From: Podarcis muralis
Lineage: Eukaryota
Assembly (NCBI RefSeq): GCF_964188315.1
Contig: NC_135662.1
Span: 25,544,001-25,608,000, forward strand
Direction of reading: 5' to 3'
DNA: 64,000 bases
This document shows, in pieces, positions 62,613 to 64,000 of the stretch. Numbering within the stretch: position 1 is the first letter of the stretch; each line of letters opens with the position of its first letter. The position numbers and the translations under genes were made by a program. The notes under the pieces are model-generated. The model saw only the letters and a program-made list of their open reading frames with translations, was not told where the DNA came from and did not search any database.

Positions 62613-64000
62613 CTCCAGAGAGCTCAGAGCTGAGGTCATGGTGCTCTACTTGAGCTATGAGTCAATAAAATTGCCAATGAATATAGGTATAAACATAATT
62701 AACAGGCAAATTGTGGGTGAACCTTGCTTGAAGTTGCCCACGCCAAATAGCTAACCTTTAAAAAAATGTTTATTGGTTGGCTTCCCTCATGTAATTATTA
62801 GGGCTAAAGAAGCAATTGGATTAAATCTTCCCTCAGATCTTCTCAGACTTGATACAGGGTAAAGATTTCCAAATCCTAATTACAAATGGAATGATCTGTC
62901 CATTTTGGTTCTCTTAGCCCCCCCCCCCCATCTTCAATTCAGTTCTCCACACTTCTGCGGCAATTTGCATTTTATAAATAAATCATGAAAGTTCCATGCT
63001 TATCCATATGAAATATTTCAGAATTTACACTTCGGTAAAATGTCCATTAGTTAACAAACTTTCAAGAAATCTTCATCAGGCTGGAGGTAAAGCAAAATGG
63101 GGTGGGGGGATGGAGGGAATTCGGCTGATGATGTCGTTGCCAGGCAGTCTGGATTTGGTCATTGTTTTAAGATGGAAGTGCAGGAGGAGATGGCAAACTT
63201 AATTGGATTAGGCTAGGAGGTGCTATGCCGGTTTCAGGTTGCACCAAGGACAATGAACCGCACAATGGCTGATCTCCTCCTTTTTGAAAATGTAAAAGCC
63301 AGATGTCTCCCAAATCTGTCTCAAGTCTTAAGCAAAACACACTTGTTAGATAGAGAACAGGAATAAAGATGCTTTAAAATAGGGATCTTTTCATTTGTTA
63401 GATGTATGTCTCTTTCAGTTTCCTTGGCTTAAAATATTGCCTTGGGCAGGAAAGAATTCTGAATGGCTGTCTTACAAGATGTCATACTTTATCCTCACAA
63501 CAACCCAGTGAAGGGAGGAGGCCAGGCCAAGATGTGGTGCTTTGATGCTAGAGAATGACCTCCATGCAGTGGGTTTTCCGAGTCCAAATCCAACAGCCTC
63601 TCCTACTTCCTTTTACAGTACTATACATTTTCTGAGACAAGGAGAGAGAAAATACTGTGTGCGAATACCTGTGTGATTTGGGCAAACAATAGTTAAAAAT
63701 TGATGTTTTCCATTTGTGCAATGGTTGGGTTTCTTAACATAATAATAGCTTTTTGGTGGAAGTTATGAAAAGCCCACACAGTACAATGAATCCAGAGCCC
63801 TGATTGAATGTTGTGATTATTACTTGACTCCCGAGAGCTATTTTTTAGCCACAACCCTGCTGAATGGTGACCATGGATGCTGTGAGATGGGTAGATTACG
63901 GAATGGCACAGCTGCAAGGGGTGGCAGAATATGAAAAGAACTTGATGTTAACGCCCCCCCCCCCCCAGCTCTTTTGTTCATGGCACTCCTTCTTTTGAGC

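Noticed and set aside
60400-64000. FSBP, nested in a RAD54B intron in human
   Set aside because: I found no FSBP-like peptide (MVGKARSSNF...) in the window. It may lie further downstream.

Overview
Vertebrate genomic DNA from a squamate reptile, probably a lacertid lizard (Sauria SINEs with ACCTTT tails, RTE-BovB, CR1, L2). It is not a prokaryotic window: there are no CRISPR arrays, operons or genuine tRNA/rRNA genes. Gene order: 5' part of ESRP1 (minus; coding exons 1-3; continues off the left edge), complete VIRMA/KIAA1429 (plus; 24 coding exons, 5478 nt, 1825 aa by my exon assembly), an RNF41/NRDP1-related RING + zinc-finger + coiled-coil gene (minus; 5 coding exons, 278 aa), and the first exons of RAD54B (plus; continues off the right edge). 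The most striking accessory feature is a 4765-bp Ty1/copia LTR retrotransposon (44015-48779) lying antisense in the last intron of the RING gene. It has apparently identical 457-bp LTRs, a TATTA target-site duplication, non-canonical TG...GA ends, a half-tRNAi(Met)-type PBS, and an RT whose catalytic core has been removed at a microhomology junction. Introns hold many SINEs, LINE 3' ends and DNA-transposon MITEs. Two assembly gaps are present (4747-4874, 30214-30354). I found no clearly new biological system. The best leads are the defective but very young copia element, the poorly characterised RING gene, and MITEs carrying promoter-like motifs or hairpin arrays. Protein and repeat-family identifications come from remembered sequences, not database searches.
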